Positions 39,883 to 53,149 of a DNA stretch of 64,000 nt are shown in pieces (the first letter of the stretch is position 1; every line of letters begins with the position of its first letter). The DNA lies in assembly GCA_030265395.1 (NCBI GenBank), contig JARFYF010000029.1:3978224-4042223 (forward strand). Direction: 5' to 3'. Origin of the DNA: Rhina ancylostomus (lineage: Eukaryota). The notes under the pieces are model-generated. The model did no database searches, had not been told where the DNA came from, and saw nothing but the letters and a program-made list of their open reading frames with translations. The position numbers and the translations under genes were made by a program.

Positions 39883-40115
39883 GAAATATAAAACCACAGC
39901 TGTGTTGAGTGCACAAGAGTGCGACGTCTGGGTCCTAAAAATGTGGGGTTTTTTTCATCCTGTCATTTTGTTATGCGTCGCTTGACTTCGACCATCTTTA
40001 AAGAACTCCAGATTCTTGCAGCATTTGCAGCTTCTGCCGTGGCTTGGCTGGAGATTTTGATTAACACTTAACCCACGTCATCAACGTCCCGGGCTTTGTT
40101 TTCTTGAGCGTCAGG
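39883..40115 (+). other. Candidate alternative stop-containing (poison or terminal) exon of CNOT4
   Basis: TACTAAC at 39852-39858, ttctttgttgtattcag| acceptor, frame GNIKPQLC* (TGA 39906-39908), possible donor cagg|gtaaat at 40116, about 10 CpGs in about 200 nt. Confidence 0.45.
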
Positions 40116-42399
40116 GTAAATGAATTACAATTAACCTACTTACCACAAGAAAACAAGTAGAGTAAATCCCATTCCTTACCAGTTCAACAGGAGGTGCTGG
40201 CAGCACTGGTTTGCTACACCTGTGATGAATAGTTGACAATGAAATACTTGGAAGGTATTGGTCTCGGTGCTCTTATACCACAGTATGGAGATATCTATTT
40301 AGTTTATTCTTTTGCCCCTCCTATCGACAATGCAAGAATTGCTACAACTACAAGTTGAGATATTGTCACATGTAGGTGACTTTACGGTTGGCTATGTAGA
40401 TGTGCTTACATTATACGATATAGTATATTCTAGGATCTCATTTTTTATTCTGCTGTTTCTCAATATGAACCCTGTGCTGAAAAGCAAAGTATTAGATTTA
40501 AAGCCAAAACCAATTTGCACCAGAGAAATTAGTCCCCTTTTGTTATGAATGTTGCTCTGTGTCTCATTGTAAGAACAAGTGTTAGTTCTCTAACCAGAGC
40601 AAGGGAGGGTATGGAAGGTGCCCAAATACTGTCAAGCACCTGGTGTGAATTAAGTCAATAAAATGATCCCCTCCAAGCTGGGCATTTTTAACTTGTGATT
40701 ATTGGGGAAGATCAGACAGGCAGACTTCTCCCAATGAAGGAAGCTGTTTTGCATTGGTGCAGAGATGTTTTTGTTTGGAGTTGAATAACCTGAGCTACCA
40801 AGGCAGTTTAAGATTTGTCTACTCAGATGATATGTTTGTTATTGCTCTTTCTTTCCACGTGACATCGGAGAGTGCTTTAACAACGTTCTTGGTGCTGTAT
40901 TTCTCAGTATTGAATTTTCTCTGAATTATCCTGTTCACATTTCTTTGCAAAGCGCTGAGATGATTTACCTTATCAATCGTCATGAATGCACCAACAATCC
41001 CTCAGTGTTGTATTGTGTGATTCATCAGGAGAGGATTCAAATTACTGATCACAAGGTGATTAGGAAATTTGCAGCATTATCTTGGGAAATTGGTGTCTAA
41101 GACACAAGGGGGTGCTGCCAATTCAAAGTTGAGCTGATTGCTATTGCACAATTTTGTTTGAGAGAATCATCATCAAATTGTTGCAGTTAGAGATAGCAAA
41201 TGCAACATTTGGGGAAAATAATTCTCAAATGAATGTAGAAAGGGAGAGTCCAGCCTTTATTAACACCAAGGACTGACTTCTGCAATTTACTATGGAATAC
41301 AGTAATTTGCGTCCTCTCTTGGCTACTGAAGAAATTTTCTTGTCAGTGTTGTTCAAGGACACTCTGGTACATATTCACATTTAAAAAAAATTTAGTTATC
41401 TTGTTTTCACTTTCCATGAAACAGTCACCCTTGCAGAGTTATGATTCTGTGGGTGCCATTAACAACCACCTAATTGGTCTTGGTGCCCATTTGTTATGAG
41501 CTTCTAAAGAATATCTACAGAATCCGACCCTTCGGATCTCTCTGCCAAAGGCTGTCCTGCTACCATCCAGTGATTACATCTGACGTTTTTCAACGGGATT
41601 CACTGGGAAGTAGTGAGGGTGGTAACACTTTTTTGTTAGCATAAGCAGCTGAGGAATAGTGGGGTTAATTTTAACATTTAATTGTCTAGACTCTTATATT
41701 AATCAGTTTGCCTCAAGGTGTCATCTCTGGATTGCAACCTCTGCTTCAGAGAAAGCAGAGGCTGATCATCTCTTGTCTGCTCTACACCAGAGAGAAGAAC
41801 ATTTCCATCTAAATCTGTACTGAAATTCACTCTAGTTTTAGGCTTCTGTAGTACTAGCTTGTGCTTTGCTTGCAGTCTCTGGCCCAGTCTGTGACATCCT
41901 CAAAAGAGCCATCAATTCATTCGTGTCAACCATGAACAGAAAGCTTCCAGCTATCACAGAAAATCTTCAGCAGTATCTGTCTTCTGTGCATAATTTCTGC
42001 CCGCGCCCCCCCCCCCCCNNNNNNNNNNNNNNNNNNNNNNNNNNNNNNNNNNNNNNNNNNNNNNNNNNNNNNNNNNNNNNNNNNNNNNNNNNNNNNNNNN
42101 NNNNNNNNNNNNNNNNNNNNNNNNNNNNNNNNNNNNNNNNNNNNNNNNNNNNNNNNNNNNNNNNNNNNNNNNNNNNNNNNNNNNNNNNNNNNNNNNNNNN
42201 NNNNNNNNNNNNNNNNNNNNNNNNNNNNNNNNNNNNNNNNNNNNNNNNNNNNNNNNNNNNNNNNNNNNNNNNNNNNNNNNNNNNNNNNNNNNNNNNNNNN
42301 NNNNNNNNNNNNNNNNNNNNNNNNNNNNNNNNNNNNNNNNNNNNNNNNNNNNNNNNNNNNNNNNNNNNNNNNNNNNNNAAAGTAAGGAAGTTGTGATAA

Positions 42400-42915
42400 A
42401 CTTTCCAAACCACTGATAACTTCCTGACTGGATTAGTGTGGCCAGCTCTGGACATTTTACGAGGCGTGGTTTGGCCTTGATGAAGCTCTGGAAGAGATTT
42501 ACTGAAATGGAGTTGATGAGGAATATACCATATAGAGATAAGCTGGGTTAATTCTCCTTGGAACACAGAAGCTGGAGGTAATTTGGAGTTGAAAATAATC
42601 AAAAGGGGGGTAAAAAGATGTACTTGCCATAGAGGGACTGATGAAAATTCCCTAAGCAAGTTCCAAGGATGGTGAGTTGCCTGCATGAGGAGAGACTGAT
42701 TAGGCCTGTGTTCTCTGGAGATGAGCAGAATGAGAGGTGATCTTATTGAAGCATACAGATTTCTTACAGGGCTTGAAAAGTTGGAGACTGGGAGAATGTT
42801 TCCCTTGGCTAAGGATTCTGGAACCAGGGGTTAAAGTCTCAGATGTAGAGAAGCTCATTTAGGACTGAGCTGAGACGCTTTTTCATTTGAGAATAGTGAA
42901 TGTGTGGGATTTGCG
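42400..42915 (+). mobile_element. CR1-type LINE 3' fragments
   Basis: agaatgagaggtgatcttattgaagcatacagatttcttacagggcttga. Confidence 0.7.
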
Positions 42916-44479
42916 ACAGGAGGTTTTCGTAGTATGTCATTCCTGTTCTTCCTTACTGAAGTTTGGTAAATTCTAATTGCCTCTTGCCAATACATCTCCA
43001 AATAAGATTAATTCTCTATCAAAACCATAATTCTATTTCACTTCACAGTAATAGCTGCTTTATGGTAGTGGTCTTGTATGAGAAATGAATGAGCCATATT
43101 TAGGTCAAGAATTGTAATGGAACACAGCAATGGAGGGGGCCAGCAATAATGAAAATGGCGCTGAAAGTGGAATTTAAGTCTGCGTCAGAGATGGAAAATG
43201 GTGGTGAAAACATGGCAGGTTTGTTGGAAAGATAAGGTGTTAATGATTAGAATAACACAAGGCAGTCCTGACCTGGATACATAACAGGGCTTGTGTTCCC
43301 AGTAATTATTGCAATTTGAGGTAATCTCTGTCAAAAGCCCTTATAATCCCTTGGTCAAAGGAATAAAGATAAAAGAGTGACTTTTTTGCTCTGAGATGTC
43401 TTGTGTTTCTCCCCCTCCCCGTAAAGCAGTATCAAAATGCCTAATCTTCCTCTTTGCTTTGAATTTGGGTGGAGCATGTTGCATCTTGAATTCCAAAGAT
43501 TAAAATATCTTAAATATTTTGCTCCTGTAAGATGTGCTCTTATGTAACTGAATGTTCTGTTAGCAGCACCAGAACATAGGTGGTGCTACAGTTTGCTTTA
43601 TACACTGTGGTAATGACATGACTGGTGCAATTCAATGCAATGTACTGTTAGAAGAAAACCTGACAATGGTGCAGTTTGAGTGTGGAGACAGAAAATCTGT
43701 TTGGATACAATATGCAGATGGAGACGTAGTATAGAGAACCAAGAGCATGTGGATGATCCATCTTGTAGTACGTCACCTGTGACAATTGATTTGTCATGTG
43801 ATACTGGATGTGGAGGTCAAATCTTCCTCTTTTCTACATTTGTGTGGAAGCCAATCTTGTTCCACAATCATGACTTCTAGGTTGGTTAAATGTCCTGTGC
43901 TTTTTTTGACCCCTGGCCCTTAGCACTGCTTTTTCAACATGTGATTGTGCCTTTGCTAACAAGAAAAGTGATGGTTCATTGGACCATTTTCATCATACCA
44001 CCTCAACGTCAAGCCAAGTGTTTATTTAGATATGCTACATATACAATAATGAAAGAGGTACCTCAAGCTATTCCATCTTTCACTTTTACTGAAGTAATGT
44101 CAACTGATGCTAATGGTTCTGGGCTGCTAGTGGTTGCTGATAAGCTTGAATTTAATGCATCTTTTTAAGAGTTCTTGTGCAGTTTCAACAGCATTTGGAC
44201 TTGTTATTTTTCCTTATTTTGACATGACAAATATGTCGTGTATCATAGCTCCAGTGTGCTGTACCTATCATTAACTGGATATCCAACAGGGCACTTTGGT
44301 TCACACAATTTTAAAGATGGCAGAGTTCATTCAATTTCTTGTGAAAGTGCCTTGCAGATTCAGGTCTCGAGTTGAATCAGGTGGTGAATTGCCCTTTTTC
44401 CAATCCCTCCATGGATGGAAGCATGTCATTAACAGTGGTATCAAATGACACTTATTTACCAATAACCTGCTTGTGGATG

Positions 44480-45010
44480 CCAGTTTGGACTTTACCAGGA
44501 TCAATCAGATGCACACCACATCACAGCCTTCAGATGGGGACAAAGCAATGTAATTCCTGAGATGAGGAGTGTGTGACTGCCCTTGACATCAAGTCAGCAT
44601 TTGACAAAGTTAGCATTGAAGAGCCTGGGCAAAACCAATGGTTGATCATGTTTCACATAAAAGTAGTTGTGATTGTTGGAGGTTTTATCACCCTTAAGAC
44701 CCCACAGTGCAGTGTCCAACACCCAACCAACTTTGGCTGACCTTCTATGATAAAGAAAGAAGTGGGGATGTTTGTTTAACCAGAGTTCGATTCCATTTGG
44801 AACTAAGAAAATGAAGTAGTTTGTGTCTGGATGCAGCAAGACCTAGACTATGTGAACTGAAAAGTAGCAAGCATTATTAATGCCACAAAAGTGCTGGGAA
44901 ACGACTGCTTCCAACGAGGCAGTATAACTATTCTTGGGAAAAGTACAACCATTCAGTAAATTCCCTCTAAAGCAATATCCTGGATTCACCTTCGATAAAC
45001 TCAATTGGAC
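44480..45010 (+). mobile_element. Decayed LINE, same family as 53150-53905
   Basis: tgcccttgacatcaagtcagcatttgac (ALDIKxAFD RT motif). Confidence 0.65.
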
Positions 45011-46604
45011 TACTGTCATACCGTACCTGCTTTGACAATAAAGGCAATTCAGATGAGAGTTCCCAAATAAGATGCAGGAATAGGAACATCTTGGACTTTT
45101 TTCTTAAATCTGCAACTGATAAGTTAATTTTTTTTGCTTTGAAAAATATTTATCGTTTTAATGGAATAACCTGAACTACACAATTTAATAAATTTGTTGG
45201 GTTATGGAGTGCCACTGTGATAGTATTAGTGTGTGCACTGTTCAAGTGTTTGTGGTATTTGTTCTTTCAGGTAGGTTGTGAAGCATCAATTGACAATAGC
45301 AAAATTCATGAACTGTTTCTTTTCAGAACACTGGATACTCCATTTCTTCTGGTGGTAATTAGCCATGTATTATTGAACAAGTTCATAAGTTCATTTCAGT
45401 ATTAATATTGTAAGTTTCTTAACATTTGTAGTTATTTGAACTCCACATAGGAAATAATTTCTAGTTTTTGGCGTAAGGATTCTGTTTTGCCTCATCTGAA
45501 ATTGAGCTGGGAGCACCAGAAGGATGATATCCTACTAACAAAATTATTTACCAGTGGAAGATTTAATAATTCTAAAATCCTACTGTTCCTCTTAGCAAAA
45601 CTAGGTAACAATCCATTCAACGTTCAAATAGAAACATTATAAGCCGAAATAGGTCATCCAGCCCCTCATGCCTGCTCTGACATTCAATAACATGACTAAT
45701 CTTTTACCTCCTTTCATCCATTAACTCTTGATTCCCTTGATGTCTTGCAAATATATTGATCCATGACTTGAATTTACTCAATGATAGTGCTTTCACAGCC
45801 CTCCGGGTAGAGAATTCCTGGAGATTTACTATCTCCTGGTGAAGACATTTCATCTAGTCTGTCCTGAATAGCCAACCCCTTTTAAGAGTGTATGTTTACA
45901 TTTTCTATTCCCCCANNNNNNNNNNNNNNNNNNNNNNNNNNNNNNNNNNNNNNNNNNNNNNNNNNNNNNNNNNNNNNNNNNNNNNNNNNNNNNNNNNNNN
46001 NNNNNNNNNNNNNNNCCCCAACTTTTCCCCCCCCCCCCCCCCCCCCCACCCACATCATCCCTTTTTCCAACACTATCGAGCCCTGTGGGATTTTTCTTTT
46101 TCAATGAGACCACCATTCATTGTTGACTTGAGCTATTACAGGCCCAGTCTGCTTGATCTTTCCACCATCCCAGAATCTTGCAGCCCCTCAATTGCAAGTT
46201 CATGTTTCTAAGCAGTCTTGTGGAACCCTTTATGCCATGATTTACTTTGTCATTTAAAGCTGCTTATTGCAGTTAGTCTTGGAAAAAGACTATTTAGATA
46301 ATGGATTTTCCTTGTCTGAAAGGAAGCTTGCTTCCAGCTCCCCACTCTAACTGCTTGAATGAAAGCTCACTCATGACATTTCCATAGATTCATCTCTACC
46401 TTTTGTCTTCAGGGAAGCACCCAAACTTTGTACTCAGCTGCTAGCATAGATAATCTGTACCCATGTACTGTATCTGTACCCAGTACTCATTTAATCTATG
46501 ATGAGTACTCAACCATGGTAATAATATCAAGAATTGGGGAGCCCTTTTTCAGGGGAACATTCCTGTAATCTGGCCCATTAGTCATTCATTCTGAAGAGTA
46601 TTGC

Positions 46605-46910
46605 TTACTGTGTCACCAAAAACATCTATTTGGCCCTCCTGTCAGTCCAATTCTCCTGTAGCCTTGCAACTTATTCTCTCAAATGCCTGTGCACTTCCGC
46701 ATGATTTTCCCATCAAACTGCATGAAGGAATAGTTTGTAGTAGCAATCAACCTAGCAACGTGTCTTTGGAATGCGACAGGAAACTGGCACGTCTGAGGAG
46801 AAACCTACATGGTTATAGAGGGAATATGCAAACTCGCAGACGGCACCTGAGGCCAGTGTCAAACTCTGCTCTCCAAAACTGAGAGGTTACAGTGCTAACT
46901 GCTGCACCAG
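46605..46910 (-). mobile_element. V-SINE/HE1-like SINE
   Basis: gtgtctttggaatgcgacaggaaactggcacgtctgaggagaaacctacatggt...atgcaaactc. Confidence 0.7.
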
Positions 46911-48539
46911 CAGATTGCCCCTCTTAGTTGTCACCTACCCTTGGTTCATCTCTCATCGACATCATAACTGGTAAAGTTTGTACTAGTAACTTGTTAGCTG
47001 GATCCACAGCATTCAACTATTTAAAGTGACTACTAAAGCACAGCGTATTACAAGACAAAATAGTGAAGTAGGTTTGCTGGTAAGGTACTTGTGTACAACA
47101 ATTCCTTCAAGTGATATGGTTGTTTACCTTCTCCATCTCTTTCCACTATTGAATATTTCTCATGTTACAATGAAAATGGAGCAAATGAAGCACATGTAAA
47201 AATATTACTTGAACAATGTTCCAAGCCAACTTCAAAGCCTGCCAAAGTGCATTTCTGTAGAACTAGACTATCATGGCCTTTTAATCTTGTCACCATAATG
47301 CTCCTGCTGGGAGCTGTCACCCTGCATTTCAAATAGGCGATGGCAAAGTAAGACACTATTATGTTGCACAGATGTTTACAATTACCAGTGTATAAACATT
47401 AAAATCCATCTGTCATATTTAGCTTGCTTAAATAACTTGTCCCAAGACTCTGCAAAGGTCATTGATCCTTCTGGTCATTAACTTCACCAGAATTACCTAT
47501 GTTGTTAATGACATACTGTTCCATTTCATTAGAAATATTAACTCCATGGGTTGCAATTCTTGGAACTCAGTTGGCTACTGTTATCCAGACAGCACTTTCT
47601 TTATCACCACCAGTTTGTCTACTGTTATCAAGTATTTTCTCAATCTGTGGACACCTCAGTATTGTCAAGTGCCTTTTCTGAAATGTGAAGTAAACCATCT
47701 CAATGCAGATGGGGCAGTGTCTGTAGAGGGAGAAGTGGTTAATGTATCTCAAATAGCCTTTGGATCAGATTTGTAGACAGCAAGTACAGGCTCGTGCAAA
47801 AATAAAAGTGAGCAGGATAAGAGCAAAGTGGCAGTTGGATAGAATAAAGTACAAGAATGATGAGGTGAAAAGGTGTAATAATGAAACGGGCATGGAAACG
47901 AGTGTCCACAGGAATACATGACTCTACACAATATCAGGGTGAGGGACAGAAGCATGGAAAAACTGGCAAAGGGCTTTCTGTGGCCTAGCATTGTCACCAG
48001 AGGGATGTAGAGAAAGTAGCCCTGTGTGCTTCATGGGATAAAATGTGCACCAGACCAAAGATTTTGGAGGTAAACATTTGTTGCTTAAGTAGACTTTAAG
48101 TAAGATCTTTCTAACCTGTGCTTGCTTGTTTATCTGTCCCCATTTCTCAATCATAGTCTCTTTTTTCTCAAAAAGGTCACTTCAGTGTTCTTTTCCTATT
48201 GGGCAATGGCTGTTGCTAGGTATGTCGACCAGCTGGAGAGCGTGTATCACCTGGTGTTGGGGTTGTTCCAGTAAGGAAGTGTAGCTCGGCAGTGATGCCC
48301 TGTGGATGCGCCATGTTGAGACTTGGACAAAGACTCATTTCACTGGTCATCTTGGGTCACAAGTTATTCCTGCCTTCAAATATGTATTCCAGGTGCAAGC
48401 CAGTACTCTGGATTCTAGCTATCTTTTTGTCCATTCTGTCCAAAGTTTCATATTGCATACAAAAATGAAGGATGAAATTGTTGCTGAGCTTATTTAAATG
48501 TATCAATGGCAGTGCTGAAGAGGGCAAAGAGTGAATGCA

Positions 48540-48845
48540 AATTGGGATGATCTGGTGCTGCTACTTCAGATCCCAGGGACCTAGGTTCAATACCAACCTG
48601 GCATGCTCTCTGTGTGGTGTTTTCGACTTTTTCCGTGACTGTAGATTTCCTTCCTCGCCCCAAAGACACGCTGCTGGGTTAATTGACTACTGTAAATTAC
48701 CCATGCTTGTAGGTAATTGACAAAGGAACCAAAAGGGGAGTCAGGAGAATAAACTGCAAGGCTATAGGGGAATGTGACTGGTAGAATTGCTCTGCAAGGA
48801 GATGGTCTGAACCTGATGGGCTGAATGGTCTCCTTTTGTGCCATA
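48540..48845 (+). mobile_element. V-SINE/HE1-like SINE
   Basis: B-box-like ggttcaatacc, ctctctgtgtgg, gggttaattgactactgtaaattaccc, CR1-like tail gatgggctgaatggtctcct. Confidence 0.7.
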
Positions 48846-51800
48846 ATAAATTAGTAAAAAAACACTCTGATCTGCCTGTGTTCTACAAATTGATTCATGT
48901 AGACACCAACTATCATTGGTTAAGTATATTTTGAGCTTTATCAGCTATTTTCCACAGTCCAACCAGACCTTGTGCATAGTTCTGCTGCAGTGTACTCTTG
49001 TATCTGGTAACCACACCTGAGGTAGAAGCGAATGGCATCAGACATAGCAGTCTGCCCAAAGGAAATGGATCAAATCATGGAGTTTCAAACCTCCCCAGGA
49101 TTAGTGCTTAAAATAAGCCAGCTCTTGAGGTTGCCTGGATGCTGGTGTGGTATTGAGGGGCTTTTTAAGTGTTGTTTTTGAACTGCATGGTATTTCAACT
49201 CCATTATTTTGAATGTTAGGATGAATTTGTATCTGAACTGAACAACTTGTAAATAATTCGTCTGGCTAAAATTTTACTACTTTGTGGCGGTCAGTATGAT
49301 GGTTTTACTTTCATAAGTGAATTTGGGATGGAAGCATTTCCTGCTTGAATGTGTTGTGGGTGAAATCTCCTGTATTGCAGTTGTCATGTTCACTATCTGT
49401 TTCGGTTGGACTGCGCTGTGATTCACGTGATAGGAGTTGACTTCATGGAGGAGCCAGTATTTGAATTAGCCGTTGTGTGATACCAGGTGACTGGTGTATG
49501 TTGTGTCCACAGTACCTCCTTTAGGGTCTGTCTAAATTTCTGTTGTGCATTGGAAGAGTGGGAAAAGCCCACTTTGCCTACTGAACATAGAGCATCCAGA
49601 GCCAATATCCCATCGTGGGATTTCCTCCCACAACACTCATTACTTCAAAGGCTTTTATTTTTCAGGTTAGGTCTCCATTACTTCAATGTAATGTTCATTG
49701 GAATGAATTAATTGCATCCAAAATGTAAGACAGCAGCATATATCGGAACAGCCATGTTCACTCTACCCTGACACCTAAGTGATTCAGTATATAGTTTTGC
49801 TTGGTACCTTTAGTTAACTGAAGGTAGCTAATGCTGTGCATTGAGCCCTGTTGGCCTGCCTGCTATTTCTCTCAACAAATCTCATTTCCCTAAAGTAGTT
49901 GTGTTTTTTATTACTTGAAAGTTCAAGAATGAGAACATGCACCTATTGTTTAATCAGTTGTATTGAGCAAGTGGGTTAGGTTCATTCTGGCTTTAGACCT
50001 GGTTAGTGGTTTTCTTTTGAATTGGTTTTCAAAGATTACTGAACTATACTCAATAATACGGCTCTAACTGTTTTAGTCACAAACAAGTATGAAAAGCAGG
50101 AACATGGCTAATCTGTTTAAATGTCTGTTATATACTGTAGTCTTGAATAAGCAAGTACTCTAAAATCATAGTGTTTAACAAATAGTTTATGTTGCTTTCA
50201 ATCAAAATAAGACAGTTTCTCAAAATATCTATGGTAATTCAGTGGCTGAAGTGGATTTGTAACTGGATGGGATAGGTTGGAGCTCTTGCTCATAACTGAG
50301 GATTTAACTGACAGCTGCATGACTTTTCACGTTTATGATTCGTGAGTTGTCCTTTGTCATTGAACAGCTTTAGAATGCATGCACTGCTGGAGGATTGTTC
50401 ATTGGCACAGACCTCCTTTAGCCCCATGCCTTATAACTCTGTTTCACTCCAAGAATTGGTGTACCCGTCTAGGTCTGTCACTGCCATTAAAGTATTAATG
50501 GGATGTTTTGAAACTGCTCCTGAAAGTGCAATACTTGGTGTTTTGGCATTTGTGTCAATCTGGATTTCTATGCCCATCATTTGACTGGGTTTTATGCCCT
50601 CAGCCTTCTGATCCATCGGCAGAAGTACTAGCAACTGAGCAGTGACTGGTATTGGGAACCTCCAACAATTCAGGCACTATTGCAGTAATGAGCCTGTTTC
50701 ATCAACATCAGTCCTAAAATTTTAACTGCCTTTTGTAAGCATATCCAATAGGTTGAATCATCCAAAATACCAAGTACTGTTTAAATGCCTTAAAATTTTC
50801 CAAGTAAATGAATTATTTCCGGTCTTTTGGGGCTCAGTAAAAATCAAAATAGTGGAGAAACAATGACCTTGAGTAGGTCATACCTGAAGGAGAAGGAAAA
50901 AAACCCCAAGGCTAGTTCTGTACCTGTTTTTAACTTTGTTCCTCCTTTCAGATTGATGGGTATTGCTATATCCAAGCAGAATGGCACGGTACTAAGTCCT
51001 ACAATTCTGAAGCACGAGTTTTCTTGTAAATGATCAGAAATTTTTGTAGTAGAGCCCCATTTGGTCCAGATGAAGCACTTTCCATCTGATATTTTTATAG
51101 AGTTGTCAGTCTTGTAATGTAGGAAATGTGAATGTCAATTTGTGCATAGCATGCTCCCTCAATTAGCGATGTGACAACCAGAAAATCAGTTTGGTCAGGT
51201 GCATTGGGAGTTAAATATTGCTCAGGATACCACAAGAAATCTGCTCTTTGATGTTGTACCATGGGGTGTTTAAGGCTCACTTGGGCAAGACTGTGCCACA
51301 GTTTCCTCAAAGTGCAGTACTTAGTGTTACAGTATTCATGTCGACCTGGATTTTTGTGTCCGTCACTGGAGTGGGTCTTCCTCAGTGGCAGAAGTGCTAC
51401 AAGTTAGTTGTGGCTGGTACTTGGAACCATCAGTATGACAGGCACCACTGGAATAATGAGTCTGTTTCATTTGTATCTATCCCAAAATTTTAAGTTGGTT
51501 TTCCTATAAAGCCCAAAGTATCTTGACATTTAATAGTGCTGTGTGATTGTGCACATTTTAAAATTGTCCTGGAATGGTTGATCGTAATGCACCCTTGACA
51601 TTTGAAAAAATGTTTAATAGAAGGTTTTCTAACTTTAGTAATGACCCTCATTGAATCTCAGGCTCACTGTGAATAAGTCAAAGGCCTTTCAGTGGAGTTT
51701 CTATAGCCAGCCACACTACCTGATATATTCCCATTTTTCAGGAGGTGGTCCAGGTTCCAGTACATGTCTAAATCATATTGGCTAATCTTGGCCAGCAAGG

Positions 51801-52349
51801 CAGGTTAAATGTGAGCAGTGGCCTTGGTGCCTTCTGTAAGTGGAAGGAAGAAATGGATTCCGGCTATTCAGTGGCATCGCTGCTTGTCTGGAGGTCATCA
51901 AGAAAGGATAATTTTAGCTTTGAAACATAATGAGCAAACAACCTGCAACATTTGCTTGCCCGAAAGGTAGTTTGTAACTGGTTCCTGTGGAAGCTTGCAA
52001 GTTGAATCAGCATTTCCTAGTGAAAACAGGAATGCTTGGGAATGTCGGAAGTGAAGGAAGAGAGGACACCAGAAGAACATCGTGCTGCAAGGTCTTTGAA
52101 GCCAGCAGAAAAGTAAGTAGCATAATGACTTGCACTAAAAACAATGCAGTCTTCCCACATTGTACCTGCCTCTTTACCTCAGCCATAGTAAAACTAAAGT
52201 TTGTTACCCCTCAAAACAGTTTTCTGGTAATACCCTCAGCTCCCTTTTTGAGACTTCCAAACTTCACTCCCTATATTGTTCAAATCCCATTCATCCAACA
52301 TGCCTATCCTTGTTGACAAGCATGGCTCTTGTTTCAATCTAAATGCAAA

Positions 52350-52650
52350 GCACTGCAGGTGCTGGGCATCTAAAATAAAAACAAATTGCTGGAAGTACAC
52401 AACAGGTTAGGCAGTGTCGGTAGAGAAATAAAATTTTATTGTTTCGGGTCGATGAGTTTAAATCAGAACTAAGAAAAGTAAGTTGCATCGAAGGGAGGGG
52501 CATGGGGCAAACGAAGGATATTTGTGACAGTGGAAATCAAGTGATTACACATTCTGATGCAGTCTGAGAGAAGGTAGTCAAAACTTAATCACAACTGATC
52601 TGTCTTCCAACAGCTGCTGTGTAGTTCCAGCATTTTCTGTTATTATTCAT
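52350..52650. mobile_element. Penelope-derived inverted-repeat element
   Basis: aaataaaaacaaattgctggaa ... ttccagcattttctgttattattca; hammerhead-like relic on the minus strand at about 52436-52470. Confidence 0.6.
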
Positions 52651-53149
52651 GGTTCTCACCTTTCATAGCACACAATTTGTTTTTCATCCTAACAAATGTC
52701 TTATCACAGAATCATTGTAAGTTGCAGTGTAGAAAGAGACTGGTTCTCTGTGCAATCTGTGCTGGGAATCCATGTTGCTTTCCCAGTGCCAGGATTAAGG
52801 ACATGTTGGGCTGGGGGAAGACTGAACGAGATCTAGTTGAGTCAGGCTGGAACCAAGTCTATTGGTAAAACTAAGGACTGGATTCTGCCAAGATATGACA
52901 ACCCAGTACCAAATTTAAAATGAAGAAATTCTTGATTTTAATCTTCTGGAATGTTTGTATATTTGAATGGATTGGATGTGTTAAGTGCAAATCTCACAAA
53001 GGAAGAATTTTCCTTTTATTGGCCTTTGGCACCAGTACTTGGGGGGAAGAGAGCACTTGTGTTGCAAGAAATCCATTTAAACATGGCTGGGACTAGCGTC
53101 CTGGATAATCCAGTAACAGACAATAGGTCCCCAGTTTGATTTTGCTGGG

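Noticed and set aside
2587-39897. Antisense ORFs overlapping exons (2587-2769, 4187-4459, 26410-26634, 39298-39606 and others)
   Set aside because: They are shadows of the coding strand, with no independent support.
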